This document shows, piece after piece, positions 10,686 through 22,118 of a stretch of DNA of 64,000 nucleotides (its first letter is position 1; each line of letters begins with the position of its first letter). Both the position numbers and the translations under genes were made by a program. The DNA is from Planctomycetota bacterium. GTDB lineage: Bacteria; Planctomycetota; Phycisphaerae; UBA1845. The notes beneath the pieces were generated by a model that was not told the origin of the DNA, ran no database searches, and was given only the letters and a program-made list of their open reading frames with translations. The stretch is from contig JAUWWQ010000006.1 of NCBI GenBank assembly GCA_030616775.1, positions 1 to 64,000 of the forward strand, given 5' to 3'.

Positions 10686-13547
10686 ATGATGTTAGTGCAC
10701 GCTGTGGCGGGTTATCGGCGGTGGGCGGGCAGCGTTTTGGCTGGCGTGCTCCTGGCAAGTGTGCCGTCCGGTGATGCGATGGCCGAGGAGTGGCATTTCG
10801 TGTTGCGGGACGGGCGGAAGGTACCGCTTGTCAAATCTGATGCCGAGCTTGGGGTCGTCTTCCGTTCCTATGGGGAGGTTGACGCCGGTCGGCAGCGGCT
10901 CGAGGCCGCGGGCTATGGACTTGTCGAAGACATTGAGGACGCCCCGAACGCACGCGTGAAGATTCTGCGCGTGGCGAGCACGGGAGACGTGGCAACCGAC
11001 GACATGCTCACTGATGAAGCCGTCGAGGATGTTCAGCCCGTGTACCGGTTTGCCGGCGTGAACAGCCCGGTCGTTGCCACTGGAAGGATGGTGGTGAAGG
11101 TTCGCAGTGGCCTGTCGGCCAACCAGCGCGAGTCGCTCTGGGAGGACTACGGAATCGGCGAGGTCGAGGTGTTCGAGGGGCTGCACGACGTCTACATCGT
11201 CTGGCCGCACAGCAGTAACGTAGATGAGGTTCTTCTCGCAGAGCAGCTTGCCGATGACGAGCGAACGCTGTGGGCCAACCCGGACTTCCGTTGCGCGGCT
11301 CGTCCCGCTCAGGTAGCCGCCTCGGATCAGTACTTCGAGCTGCAATGGCATCTGCACAACACGGGCCAGACCGGTGGTGTTGACGACGCCGATATCGATG
11401 CGCCCGAGGCCTGGTTGGTAGCCGACGGCAGAGATGTATTGTTCGGCATGTTCGACGATTCCTGTGACGTGGATCATGAAGACCTACGGGGCAATTACAA
11501 AGACATCGGGCAGGACGTGGCTCTGCCATTCTTTGATCCGGGATATAATGATCCGCGTCCCAAACTGTGGTGGGATGCTCACGGAACAGCAGTGATGGGG
11601 CTTGCCGTAGCCGCGGGCAACTCACTAGGTGTCCGAGGCGTTGCTTATCGGGCACAATTCACTGCATCCCGCGGCCTGCTCGACTTCGTCAGCCTTTCAG
11701 ACATTGCCAGCGCATACACCTTCGCGCTCGAGCAGGGTGTGAATGTCCACATAAACAGTTGGGGGTTTCCCGGCTTACCGAACCCTCCGGTCATCGTTGA
11801 GGCCATCGAGACGGCTTTTAAGGAAGGGCGTGACCTGGATGGCGAGGGGGGCGACGATCCACTTGGCATGGTTATTCTGTTCGCCTCGGGCAACGGCAAC
11901 GCTGAGAATGTGACTGGGTTCGAGCTGTCGACACTTCCACAGGTCATCGGGGTGGGAGCGAGTACTGATGAGGACACTCGAGCGTGGTACAGCAATTACG
12001 GAACCGAACTGAATTTCCTGGCTCCCGGCGCCGGCATCGTGAACCTTGGGATTACAACCACGGACACGGAGGACGGTGAGGAGAAAGTGGCACAGGGGTA
12101 TAACGTCGGGGGGTTCCAGGAGGATCCTTATTCTGGGCGTATCTATGGGCCCGATATCGATCCGGCCGGCAGTTATACCGGATACTTCGGCGGGACGTCG
12201 GCGGCATGCCCGATCGCCGCAGGCGTGGCCGGTTTGATCCTGTCAGTCAACCCGAAGCTGACCGCAACGGAGGTCCGGATCATCATGGAGCACTCCTGCG
12301 ATCAGATAAGCCCAGAGGACGCGCAGTATGACAGCATCACAGGCCGAAGCTTCAAATATGGATACGGCAAAATCAACGCCGAGAAAGCCGTAATGGCGGC
12401 CAAGGACACATTGACCAACGGCGGTGTTACCTGGCCGGATATCGCCACAGATGCCCAAGTAGATGGAACGACATTGCGGTGGCGGCCGGGCGTCGGCACG
12501 GATGAGTTCCTGGTCCTCGAGAGCACGCGCGACTTCGGTTTTACTCCTCAGAACGATGCCTGCTACGACAGTTCGCAGCTTGGATGTGGTGCAGCCGCAC
12601 TGGCCTCCGTGCCGGGTGCCGCCAACGTACTGTTCGTAGGGTGTGACGAAGACTGTGACCCGGATACTGAGCAGAGCGTGGAATTCGCGCGACCCAGCAT
12701 CGGTTCCAAGCTCTTTGCCATCTACGCTCGGAGTTCCAGTGGTCGCTACTCGTTTGGCATCAGCACTGAAGCCGCAGCGATACCATCCCCGGCAGTAACG
12801 ATCACAGCCTTACCGCTTGCGGGTCGATCACCGCTTATGGTTAACTTCAATGGCAATGCGCTTAGTGAACTCGGCATCGACAAGAGTCGAACCGAGTGGG
12901 ATTTCGACATTGACGACGACAGCATCATCGATGCGACAACAACCTCCCGGTCATGGATCTACACCGTACCTGCGGGGGAAGTCCGAACGTTCACTGCCCG
13001 TCTTACGGTGTATGACGTCATGGGTAACGCCGGTTCCGCCGAGGTGCAGATTCGGGTCATCGGGGAAGATGTAGACGAGGGCGCGGCCGTGACCCGCACC
13101 GGCGAGATCCGGGTACTTGTCGGCGTGCCCGGTACGGCGGGATCGGACGTATCTCAAGGCATCTCGCCGTTCGGCGTGGAACTGCGAATCGAAGCGGATA
13201 CACCGGTCAATGTCCAATCCGTCGTATGGGATTTGGGTGACGGTAGCCGTAGCACGGGATTGGTCGCCCCGCATGTATACATCAACGAAAGTGACATGCC
13301 GCTTGTGTTGCCGGTCACGGCGACGGTGACGACGGCCACGGCGGGTGGGGCGACCATCACGACGACGGCGACTCGATTGATCACCGTGCTCCCGGGGACA
13401 GAGGAGCCCTACCTGGGTGAGCCTGAGCTGCCCGGCACCCGGCCGTTGGGAGAAGGTGGTGCGGCCACGCCGTGCGGTGCCATCGGTATGGTGCCGCTGC
13501 TTTTCGGCATCGGATCATTGATATTGCTACGTCGCAGGCGTCTCTAG
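10686..13547 (+). CDS. Secreted subtilisin-like serine protease (peptidase S8) with PKD-like domains and a C-terminal sorting-signal-like tail
   Basis: Signal peptide 'MMLVHAVAGYRRWAGSVLAGVLLASVPSGDAMA'. Catalytic Asp region 'FDDSCDVDHEDL', His motif 'HGTAVMGLAVAAGN', Ser motif 'GGTSAACPIAAGVAGLIL'. PKD motifs 'WDFDID', 'WDLGDGS...HVY'. The C-terminus is 'GEGG...MVPLLFGIGSLILLRRRRL'. An AAGGTGGA Shine-Dalgarno precedes the ATG at 10686. Confidence 0.85.
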   Translation: MMLVHAVAGYRRWAGSVLAGVLLASVPSGDAMAEEWHFVLRDGRKVPLVKSDAELGVVFRSYGEVDAGRQRLEAAGYGLVEDIEDAPNARVKILRVASTGDVATDDMLTDEAVEDVQPVYRFAGVNSPVVATGRMVVKVRSGLSANQRESLWEDYGIGEVEVFEGLHDVYIVWPHSSNVDEVLLAEQLADDERTLWANPDFRCAARPAQVAASDQYFELQWHLHNTGQTGGVDDADIDAPEAWLVADGRDVLFGMFDDSCDVDHEDLRGNYKDIGQDVALPFFDPGYNDPRPKLWWDAHGTAVMGLAVAAGNSLGVRGVAYRAQFTASRGLLDFVSLSDIASAYTFALEQGVNVHINSWGFPGLPNPPVIVEAIETAFKEGRDLDGEGGDDPLGMVILFASGNGNAENVTGFELSTLPQVIGVGASTDEDTRAWYSNYGTELNFLAPGAGIVNLGITTTDTEDGEEKVAQGYNVGGFQEDPYSGRIYGPDIDPAGSYTGYFGGTSAACPIAAGVAGLILSVNPKLTATEVRIIMEHSCDQISPEDAQYDSITGRSFKYGYGKINAEKAVMAAKDTLTNGGVTWPDIATDAQVDGTTLRWRPGVGTDEFLVLESTRDFGFTPQNDACYDSSQLGCGAAALASVPGAANVLFVGCDEDCDPDTEQSVEFARPSIGSKLFAIYARSSSGRYSFGISTEAAAIPSPAVTITALPLAGRSPLMVNFNGNALSELGIDKSRTEWDFDIDDDSIIDATTTSRSWIYTVPAGEVRTFTARLTVYDVMGNAGSAEVQIRVIGEDVDEGAAVTRTGEIRVLVGVPGTAGSDVSQGISPFGVELRIEADTPVNVQSVVWDLGDGSRSTGLVAPHVYINESDMPLVLPVTATVTTATAGGATITTTATRLITVLPGTEEPYLGEPELPGTRPLGEGGAATPCGAIGMVPLLFGIGSLILLRRRRL

Positions 13548-13730
13548 CAAGTGCTGCGAGCGACGCCGTTGCCGTCGGATTAGCCGCTTTCGTCCGTCCA
13601 GACCGTCGGTGGCGCCGTTTTAATCGTGCGGCCGGGCTACTGCTGCACGGGCTGGCAAGACTCCTTTTCATGCCCTGGCGGTGGAGCTTTCACCGTGGGA
13701 CAACTCGATCTGTTCGAGTTCTACCGATAC

Positions 13731-13955
13731 ATGCTGGCCGTTCTGGTCACCACGTACGGGACCATAAAACTCCTCACGTTTGTCTGGCGGTGGAGCGGGG
13801 TCTCTGGGCAAGCGCGGGTCGGATCGGCGACTCTGTACCGTTACCTCCTGGTGTTGCTTCTTCGGGCGCGTTTTCGCCGCTTTACGTACGAGCTGACCGT
13901 AATAGGCGGGCTTGTCACGGTGCTCGTTCTTCTGGTGCGCTGGCACTGGCACTAG
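13731..13955 (+). CDS. Small hypothetical membrane protein (two predicted TM helices)
   Basis: 74 aa, hydrophobic ('MLAVLVTTYGTIKLLTFVW...VIGGLVTVLVLLV'). It sits in an otherwise empty gap between genes. There is no family-level recognition. Confidence 0.3.
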   Translation: MLAVLVTTYGTIKLLTFVWRWSGVSGQARVGSATLYRYLLVLLLRARFRRFTYELTVIGGLVTVLVLLVRWHWH

Positions 13956-13970
13956 AATGCCCTCCACGTT

Positions 13971-14801
13971 ATGGAAAACTTCTCGACTAGCTCATCGTCG
14001 TCGTTGGCGGACCTGCCTCTCGACGAGCTCGTTGCGTACGGTCGCGAGCTCGGCTTGTCGATCGATCCCGCTGCGCCACGGGGTGAGTTGCTCAGGCTAA
14101 TTCGGGAACGTCAAGAACTGCTCGTCGAGTTGGATCGCGACGCCATGCTCGACGTGGTCATGTGGGCGCGGATTCCCGTGCGGCGGTCGGCCAGCAAGGA
14201 ACAACTCGCCAAGCAGATGGCTACCATTACCAAGGCGCGGTTCGGGGGTCTGTCCGATCGTGGGTTGCGGGCCCTGGCACGATTCCGTGGGGCACAGGTT
14301 GAAGAGGGCGAGCCCCGCGCCACGCTGGAGCGGCGGCTGAGGCGTCAGGAAGGGGTGTGGGCCCGCGTAAACCGGAAACGCCGAAGGGTCATAGGGTCGT
14401 TGGTCAGTAAGTTTGTCGATGAATCACCGGCTCAGGGCGACTACCAATTCCTCCCCGAAGAGGATGGAGGCTCGTCACTGAAGGAATCGATTGAGGAGGT
14501 TGGGGTAATGGGCGGAATCGCCCACAAGCTTCGCGGGGCGGCCGATCAGTACCTTCGCGAGAAGCTCGACGAAATCGAACGCCGGATTGACCGCAAGCTG
14601 GATGAGATCGACAGCCGGCTGGGCGAGTGGCGCGATCAGGAGATCAGAAACCGCCTGCGAATCGTTAAGATCACACTGATCACGGCGATCATTGTGGCCA
14701 TAGTCAGCCTCGGGTACGATCACTTGAAGACACGGAGTGAGCTACCGGGACAAACAGGGCCGCCCGCTTCCGGCGCTAGTCATGCTGAGCCGCCAGGATA
14801 G
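13971..14801 (+). CDS. Hypothetical protein with a Rho-N-like N-terminal motif, a charged coiled coil and a C-terminal TM helix
   Basis: 276 aa. 'LDELVAYGRELGLSIDPAAPRGELLRLIRERQ' resembles the Rho termination factor N-terminal domain. C-terminal 'ITLITAIIVAIVSLG' is a TM segment. Confidence 0.5.
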   Translation: MENFSTSSSSSLADLPLDELVAYGRELGLSIDPAAPRGELLRLIRERQELLVELDRDAMLDVVMWARIPVRRSASKEQLAKQMATITKARFGGLSDRGLRALARFRGAQVEEGEPRATLERRLRRQEGVWARVNRKRRRVIGSLVSKFVDESPAQGDYQFLPEEDGGSSLKESIEEVGVMGGIAHKLRGAADQYLREKLDEIERRIDRKLDEIDSRLGEWRDQEIRNRLRIVKITLITAIIVAIVSLGYDHLKTRSELPGQTGPPASGASHAEPPG

Positions 14802-14855
14802 GCAGTATAGCGTGACGCCTGCCGTCGCGGCGACGTTTGGGAGGACCGAAGGCGA

Positions 14856-15299
14856 ATGTTACCGAAATCGAGCCGGCGGGTGGCTGAGGTGATAAAGATC
14901 GCCAATCAGATTGGCAGAGAGTACGAGCAGGAGTACGTCGGGACCGAGCACGTCCTGATGGCCATCCAGCGCGAGGGAACGGGCATCGGCGCGGCGGTCC
15001 TGGCGAAACGAGGCGTTACGGCGGACAAGCTCCGCGACGAAGTCGACAAGCTGGTGAAGAAACAGTTGGAGGAGACGTGGGTCTTCGGCCGGCTGCCGGG
15101 TACTCCGCATTTCAAAAACGTGATGGCCATCGCGATTGATCAGTGTCAGAAGATTAACGCCAAGGAGCTCTGCACCGAGCATCTGCTACTGGCCTTGCTG
15201 AAGGAGCGTGGCAGCGTCGCCGGTAAGGCGCTCAAGAACCTTGGGATCTCATACGACGATGCCCGCAGCGATATTCTGGAATTGACGTCGAAGAGTTGA
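14856..15299 (+). CDS. Stand-alone Clp N-terminal (double Clp_N repeat) domain protein
   Basis: 147 aa. Two repeats of the ClpA/B N-domain pattern ('VGTEHVLMAIQREGTGIGAAVLAKRGV...', 'LCTEHLLLALLKERGSVAGKALKNLGI'). Confidence 0.75.
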   Translation: MLPKSSRRVAEVIKIANQIGREYEQEYVGTEHVLMAIQREGTGIGAAVLAKRGVTADKLRDEVDKLVKKQLEETWVFGRLPGTPHFKNVMAIAIDQCQKINAKELCTEHLLLALLKERGSVAGKALKNLGISYDDARSDILELTSKS

Positions 15300-15402
15300 G
15301 CCGGTGACATTTCGGCGATCGCGCACCTTCAAACGTCCGCGGCACCATGCTACCGATCAATCTGCAACCCATAATTCGTAATTCACAATTTGCAATTAGT
15401 AG

Positions 15403-15585
15403 TTACTCACTGGGCGCGCCCGGGCTGGACTCGTCGTCGACCTTTCGCCGCCGCTTGCGAAGCGCTTCGCGAAGGATGTACTCAATCTGAGCATTGACGC
15501 TGCGCAGGTCATCCTTGGCCCACCGATTGAGTTCCTCCATCAGTTCCGGTGGGAGGCGAAGCAGGAATGACTTTCGCTCAGCCAT
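15403..15585 (-). CDS. Ribbon-helix-helix (Arc/CopG-type) DNA-binding protein
   Basis: 60 aa. '[37 protein letters not shown]' fits the RHH fold (beta strand followed by two helices). Confidence 0.5.
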   Translation of the reverse strand: MAERKSFLLRLPPELMEELNRWAKDDLRSVNAQIEYILREALRKRRRKVDDESSPGAPSE

Positions 15586-15868
15586 ACAACGGTTCGATCC
15601 CCAACGCTCTTAAAAACCCTCCCGCCCGAGGTCCCGCGGGCCTTAGAGGCGTCTAACAGAACCTGTGGGACCGACTTTCCAGTCGGTCACCGGGCAATCT
15701 GGGAACCCCATCCCGCGTTGGCTTCGAGTCCGAAGATCCGCGCGGGCTAGAGCAAATCCCGTTTTCGTGGACCGCACGTCAGGAACGGCGAGCGCTCTCT
15801 CGCTATGCGATTCCGCGCGGGCTAAAGCCCGCGGCTCGGGCATCTTTGCTCGATGTCGGCTAAGCATT

Positions 15869-16762
15869 TTAGGTGTAGAGCGTGCCGGTGTTTACAATCG
15901 GTTGGGCCTCGACCCGGCTGCACAGCACAACGAGCAGGTTCGAAACCATCGCGGCTTTACGCTCCTCGTCGAGGCTCACCGTCTTGTGCTCCTCGAGCTT
16001 GTCCAATGCCATCTCCACCATGCTGACCGCACCTTCGACGATGCGAACCCGCGCGGCGACGATAGCTTCAGCCTGCTGACGTTGGAGCATGGCCCCGGCG
16101 ATCTCCGGGGCGTAGGCCAGGTGGCTGATGCGGGCTTCTTCAACATCTACGCCGGCTCGGGTGATACGCTCCTGGACCTCCTTCTGCAACGTACAGGACA
16201 CCTCGTCGACGCTGCCACGGAGGGAGAGCGTATCCCCCTCGAACGTGTCATACGGGTATGCCATTGCCAGATGCCGCAGGGCGGCTTCGCTCTGCACGCG
16301 TACGTAATCCTCGTACTCCTCGACGTCGAATATCGCCCTGGCCGTGTCGATCACGCGCCACACCACGACCAGCGAAATCTCAATGGGATTTCCCCGCAGG
16401 TCGTTCACCTTGAGCGTGTCGCCGGCCAGGTTGTGGGCCCGCAGGGAGACCTTCTCCTTGGTCAGCAGTGGGTTGGCCCAGTGGAATCCGCTATCCTGGA
16501 CGGAACCCTTGTACTTGCCGAACAGGATCAGCACTGCCGCCATGTTGGGCTGGAGCGTAAAGAACCCGAGCAGCAACACGACCCATATGGCAGTGACCAC
16601 GCCACAGGCCACGATGGATACCACGTGGCGTACGGCGTGGAATGCAACCTCGCTGCGAATCGCACTGCATGCCCACCACCCGAGGGCCAGTCCGGCGAGG
16701 AACAGCACGCCGAGCATGGCCCATCCGTTGAACGTGCTTGTCCGTATTTCGCGCGTTTCCAT
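15869..16762 (-). CDS. SPFH/Band-7 (stomatin/prohibitin-like) membrane protein
   Basis: N-terminal TM helices followed by an SPFH-like core ('[43 protein letters not shown]'). The start was set at the ATG with an AAGGAGAG Shine-Dalgarno (minus-strand codon at 16762..16760). Confidence 0.7.
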   Translation of the reverse strand: METREIRTSTFNGWAMLGVLFLAGLALGWWACSAIRSEVAFHAVRHVVSIVACGVVTAIWVVLLLGFFTLQPNMAAVLILFGKYKGSVQDSGFHWANPLLTKEKVSLRAHNLAGDTLKVNDLRGNPIEISLVVVWRVIDTARAIFDVEEYEDYVRVQSEAALRHLAMAYPYDTFEGDTLSLRGSVDEVSCTLQKEVQERITRAGVDVEEARISHLAYAPEIAGAMLQRQQAEAIVAARVRIVEGAVSMVEMALDKLEEHKTVSLDEERKAAMVSNLLVVLCSRVEAQPIVNTGTLYT

Positions 16763-16944
16763 GATCGTCTCTCCTTTTATGGCTGTTGACATCATAAATA
16801 TATCATATTGATAGCCTCTGTCAAGTGTTGGAGCCATTATTTCGGTGTGTTTTACAAAAAGCGACAGGGTGAGCTGGCCGCCCGCCTCTGGAACGGAGTG
16901 AATAGGCTGGACGCCAGTTCCCAGCGCCGCGTCTCGGGACGGCG

Positions 16945-17397
16945 CTAACTGGCAGGTTTGACGAGCTTGAGTTGGATTTGGGCGCGTTGGATGGCGTCGG
17001 CCCGTGTGGTGAAGGAGGCGTCGTCGGTGATCTTCATGGCCCGGGCTTCGATGAGGGCCTGTCCGGCCGCGGTCGCCTCGAGGTCATCGGCCTTGCGGGC
17101 CTGCTGCGTCAGGATGGTGAGCCGGTTGTCGACTACCTGGGCGAAGCCGCCGTCGACGAAGAGCACGTGCTTCACCGTCTCTCCCGCTCCCTTATCCCGA
17201 CGTACGTCGGGACGGCTCGGATCGGGTATTTCAACGCGCAAGACGCCGATGCCGAGCTTGCAGACGATGGGGGCCCGGCGATTCAACACGCCCATCTCGC
17301 CGTCGTGGGCGGGGAAGGCCACGAAGTTGGCATCGCACTCCAGGACCTTACGCTCGGGTGTGATGACGCTGCATTGGAAGGTGTCGGGAGTAGCCAT
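16945..17397 (-). CDS. atpC: F1Fo ATP synthase subunit epsilon
   Basis: 150 aa. N-terminal beta-sandwich '[30 protein letters not shown]' plus a C-terminal helical hairpin. It is the last gene of the atp operon. Confidence 0.85.
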   Translation of the reverse strand: MATPDTFQCSVITPERKVLECDANFVAFPAHDGEMGVLNRRAPIVCKLGIGVLRVEIPDPSRPDVRRDKGAGETVKHVLFVDGGFAQVVDNRLTILTQQARKADDLEATAAGQALIEARAMKITDDASFTTRADAIQRAQIQLKLVKPAS

Positions 17398-17403
17398 GAC
17401 TAG

Positions 17404-17511
17404 TTATCAGTTGTCAGTTGTCAGTTATCAGCCTTCAGCCAGGAGCAGTAGGCAAGTTACGGCACCGAGATCCGTCTTTCCGCATTTCGACGTTTAGACG
17501 TTTCGACGTTT
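17404..17511. repeat. Short tandem repeats in the atpD-atpC intergenic spacer: (CAGTTGT/CAGTTAT)x4 and (CGACGTTT/AGACGTTT)x3
   Basis: 'cagttgtcagttgtcagttatcag' at 17404-17431 and 'cgacgtttagacgtttcgacgttt' at 17488-17511, directly visible in the sequence. Confidence 0.8.
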
Positions 17512-18963
<1,452 letters not shown>

Positions 18964-18981
18964 TCAACCTTCCATTGCACA

Positions 18982-18999
18982 GAATGCGGAATGGTGAAT
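18982..18999. repeat. Left arm of a perfect 18-bp inverted repeat (GAATGCGGAATGGTGAAT) flanking the four-helix-bundle gene
   Basis: It is the exact reverse complement of 19422-19439. It is followed by further 'gcggaatgcgg' repetition. Confidence 0.85.
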
Positions 19000-19031
19000 G
19001 CGGAATGCGGAAAACAGACCCCCAAAGCGCA

Positions 19032-19388
19032 CTACCGACCGCGGGAACGCTTCGCTATTGTCGTAATGATGCGCACCAACTCGTCGGCCTCTCGCAATAG
19101 GTCTGCCACGCGGCTTTTCGGAACCAGTCCACACTCCGCCACAATACGCAACCAGTATAGGACTTCGCGAGCCTCGGATTGCGCGATCTCCATCCGGCGC
19201 GCGAACTCCTTCTTCGAGGAGGCCGCCTGCGCCTCCTCCACGTTGGCTCCGACGCTGGTCCCGGCCCGCATTACCTGCCTGGCGATAACGCCGCCCGCAA
19301 CCGTGCGAGGCAGAGAATTCACCAACCGGACGATTCGGGTGGCAAACTGGAACGAGCGCTCGGTTATGTCGCGAACGCGAGCGGACAT
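19032..19388 (-). CDS. Four-helix-bundle protein of the '23S rRNA intervening sequence protein' family (TIGR02436-like), inserted between atpG and atpD
   Basis: 118 aa. 'ERSFQFATRIVRLVNSLPRT...ARQVMRAGTSVGANVEEAQAASSKKEFARRMEIAQSEAREVLYWLRIV' matches the conserved pattern of this family (QxxRAxxSIxxNIAEG...KEF...A.GS..E). Confidence 0.75.
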   Translation of the reverse strand: MSARVRDITERSFQFATRIVRLVNSLPRTVAGGVIARQVMRAGTSVGANVEEAQAASSKKEFARRMEIAQSEAREVLYWLRIVAECGLVPKSRVADLLREADELVRIITTIAKRSRGR

Positions 19389-19399
19389 TCATCATTCAC

Positions 19400-19439
19400 C
19401 ATTCACAATTCACCATTCACAATTCACCATTCCGCATTC
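19400..19439. repeat. Right arm of the 18-bp inverted repeat (ATTCACCATTCCGCATTC at 19422-19439), preceded by tandem 'attcaccattcaca' repeats
   Basis: 'caccattcacaattcaccattcacaattcaccattccgcattcg'. The right arm is the reverse complement of 18982-18999. Confidence 0.85.
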
Positions 19440-19440
19440 G

Positions 19441-20322
19441 CTACGCCAGCGCGTTTACTCCTCCAATAATGTCCAGCAGCTCCATTGTAATCTGCGTCTG
19501 TCGGGCACGGTTGTATTGTCGGGTCAACGTCGTGATCATGTCCGAAGCTGCGTCTGTGGCCGCCTTCATCGCCACCATCCGCGCGGTCTGCTCGCTGACC
19601 GCAGCGTCTATAAAGCACTGAAACAGTCGCACTCTGGTCGCAGCAGGGAGCAGCTCATCGAGCAGTGCCATCGGCTGAGGCGAAAACTCGAACTCCACAT
19701 GCCTCCGGGGGGGCGCTTCCTCGTCCTCACCCAGAGTATCCTGGGTCAGCGGAAGCAGCGGCATCACCACCGGGCGTTGCTTCCCTACGGAAAGAAACTT
19801 CATATAGGCAACGTATGCGGAGGCGATCTCACCCTTTACGAACCGGTCCATCAGGCCATTGGCGATCGGCTCTACATCATCGAACCGTGGGCGGTCGCCG
19901 ATGTGCGTGCTCTGCTCGACCATGGGACGACGGAGGAACCGGAAGTAGGAGATCCCCTTTTTGCCCACCATCTGCACGTCGCTTTCGACGCCGCGGGAGC
20001 TTAGTTCATCGAGATGAGGCACCGCGCTGCGGAGGACATTGGCGTTGTACCCGCCGCACAGGCCCCGGTTGCTGGTGATAACCACCAGCGCCGACCGTTT
20101 GACATCTTCGTGGGTTTGCATCAGTGGATGATCAATGCTCTCGGTAGCGCCTGAAAGGTCGGCCACCAGCTCAGCCAGCTTCTCGGTATAGGGTTTGCTG
20201 GCCGTCGCGCGGTTGAGCGCTGCCTGGAAGCGTGCGGTAGCAATCAGTCGCATGGTCCGCGTTATTTTGCGGATGTTGCGAACCGACTTGCGGCGTTTGA
20301 CGATGATCCGTCTGTTGGCCAT
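19441..20322 (-). CDS. atpG: F1Fo ATP synthase subunit gamma
   Basis: 293 aa. The N-terminus 'IKRRKSVRNIRKITRTMRLIATARF' and C-terminus 'ITMELLDIIGGVNAL' are typical of the gamma subunit. Confidence 0.9.
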   Translation of the reverse strand: MANRRIIVKRRKSVRNIRKITRTMRLIATARFQAALNRATASKPYTEKLAELVADLSGATESIDHPLMQTHEDVKRSALVVITSNRGLCGGYNANVLRSAVPHLDELSSRGVESDVQMVGKKGISYFRFLRRPMVEQSTHIGDRPRFDDVEPIANGLMDRFVKGEIASAYVAYMKFLSVGKQRPVVMPLLPLTQDTLGEDEEAPPRRHVEFEFSPQPMALLDELLPAATRVRLFQCFIDAAVSEQTARMVAMKAATDAASDMITTLTRQYNRARQTQITMELLDIIGGVNALA

Positions 20323-20375
20323 GTCGCTATCCGGTGCTATTCAACCCTTTAAGCCCGCCCCGCGCAGGACCCCGG

Positions 20376-22100
20376 TCACTTGTTCTTCTCCCTAAACTGG
20401 ACCTTGAAGTCGGTGATGATCTTGGTGAGCCGCTTCGCCGACTCGTCGGACAGCTCGCCCGTTTCGACGAGTTCCTTCAGGACTTCGGGAAACTCGTCAT
20501 GCACGTGTCGGAGCAAGGCCTTTTCGAACGGGAGCACTTGATTGATCGCCAGATCGTCCAGGTGACCCTGCGTCCCGGCGAAGATGCTGACCACTTGGTC
20601 TTCAAAGGCGTAAGGAGCGTACTGCGGCTGTTTGAGCAGTTCGACCATTCGCTGACCACGATGGAGCTGTCGCTGGGTGGCGGTGTCAAGCTCGGTACCG
20701 AGCTGGGCAAACGCTTCCAGCTCACGGTACGCAGCCAGGTCGAGACGCAATGACCCGGAGATCTTCTTCATCGCCTTTCGCTGTGCGTTGCCGCCGACGC
20801 GTGAGACGCTGATGCCCACGTTGACCGCCGGGCGGACGCCGGCGAAGAACAAATCGGGCTCCAGGTAAATCTGCCCGTCGGTGATGGAGATCACGTTGGT
20901 TGGAATGTAGGCGGCCACCTCACCTTCCAACGTCTCGATGATCGGCAAAGCGGTGAGTGATCCGCCGCTGTCGGGAAAGCGGTGGACGCGGTAGTTATCC
21001 TTATCCGGCAGCGATTCGAACCATGCATTGGCCCGCTTCAGCCCGGCTGGTCGGTGGTACAGACTGTGGATGTCGTCCGGCCTGTGTTCCTGAGCAGCCT
21101 TTAGTCCCTCAGGGTGTTTGACCACAACAGCACGATCCCGGCAGTCCTCCGGCGTGTCCTTGGGCACAATGGCGTACTCGTCGTGAAGCTTGCAGCTTCG
21201 CTCGAGGAGTCTGGAATGCAGATAGAACACGTCACCGGGATAGGCCTCCCGACCCGGCGGACGGCGAAGCAACAACGACAACTGGCGATAGGCATGGGCC
21301 TGCTTGGTCAGGTCGTCATAGATGCACAACGTGTGCCGCCCGTGGTTGTACATGAAATACTCCGCCATAGCGGCACCTGCGTAGGGGGCGATGTACTGGA
21401 GCGGCGCAGGGTCGGCAGCCGACGCGTTTACCACGATGGTGTAATCCATGGCCCCCTGCTCGCGCAGCTTCTCGATGACGCCGACGACGGTTGACTCCTT
21501 TTGGCCGACAGCCACATAGACGCAGATTACGTCACCGCCTTTCTGATTGATGATTGTATCGATGGCGATGGCGGTCTTGCCGGTCTTGCGGTCGCCGATG
21601 ATGAGTTCGCGCTGGCCGCGACCGATCGGGATCATGCTGTCAATGGCTTTGATCCCGGTCTGAAGCGGCTCGTTGACCGGCTGTCGCAGGACGATGCCCG
21701 GGGCTTTGAACTCCAGCGGACGGCGCTGGGGTGTTTCCACGATGCCCATGCCATCAAGCGGTCGGCCCAGCGGGTCGACCACGCGCCCCACTAGATTGTC
21801 TCCGCAGGGTATGCTGAGGAGCTGACCGGTGCGCCGAACCTCATCGCCTTCTTTGATGCCCAGGTAATCGCCGAGAATGACGACGCCGACGGAGTTTTCT
21901 TCAAGGTTGAACACCTGCCCCATGGCGCCGTTTTGGAACTCGACCTGTTCGTCGGCCATGGCGTTGGTCAGACCGTAGACCCGGGCGATTCCATCACCGA
22001 CCTCCAGGACGTTCCCGACCTCGGCGACATCCGCCTTACCCCGATACTGCTGAATCTCCTCGGATATGACCGAAGAGATTTCGTCGACTTTGAATTTCAT
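20376..22100 (-). CDS. atpA: F1Fo ATP synthase subunit alpha (with a ~55-aa internal insertion)
   Basis: 574 aa. Walker A '[18 protein letters not shown]', '[19 protein letters not shown]', 'LTALPIIET...ITDGQIYLE'. An extra segment sits between 'LLERSCKL' and 'GGSLTALP'. Confidence 0.95.
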   Translation of the reverse strand: MKFKVDEISSVISEEIQQYRGKADVAEVGNVLEVGDGIARVYGLTNAMADEQVEFQNGAMGQVFNLEENSVGVVILGDYLGIKEGDEVRRTGQLLSIPCGDNLVGRVVDPLGRPLDGMGIVETPQRRPLEFKAPGIVLRQPVNEPLQTGIKAIDSMIPIGRGQRELIIGDRKTGKTAIAIDTIINQKGGDVICVYVAVGQKESTVVGVIEKLREQGAMDYTIVVNASAADPAPLQYIAPYAGAAMAEYFMYNHGRHTLCIYDDLTKQAHAYRQLSLLLRRPPGREAYPGDVFYLHSRLLERSCKLHDEYAIVPKDTPEDCRDRAVVVKHPEGLKAAQEHRPDDIHSLYHRPAGLKRANAWFESLPDKDNYRVHRFPDSGGSLTALPIIETLEGEVAAYIPTNVISITDGQIYLEPDLFFAGVRPAVNVGISVSRVGGNAQRKAMKKISGSLRLDLAAYRELEAFAQLGTELDTATQRQLHRGQRMVELLKQPQYAPYAFEDQVVSIFAGTQGHLDDLAINQVLPFEKALLRHVHDEFPEVLKELVETGELSDESAKRLTKIITDFKVQFREKNK

Positions 22101-22118
22101 GATTTCAACTTCCGGCCT

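Noticed and set aside
15665-16789. 374-aa ORF on the + strand
   Set aside because: Antisense to the SPFH/Band-7 gene. The minus-strand gene has a strong Shine-Dalgarno and a recognisable domain.
16958-17497. 179-aa and 143-aa ORFs on the + strand
   Set aside because: Antisense to atpC.
18964-19395. 143-aa minus-strand ORF overlapping the four-helix-bundle gene in another frame
   Set aside because: Arg/Gly-rich artefactual frame. The 118-aa frame has the conserved family motifs.
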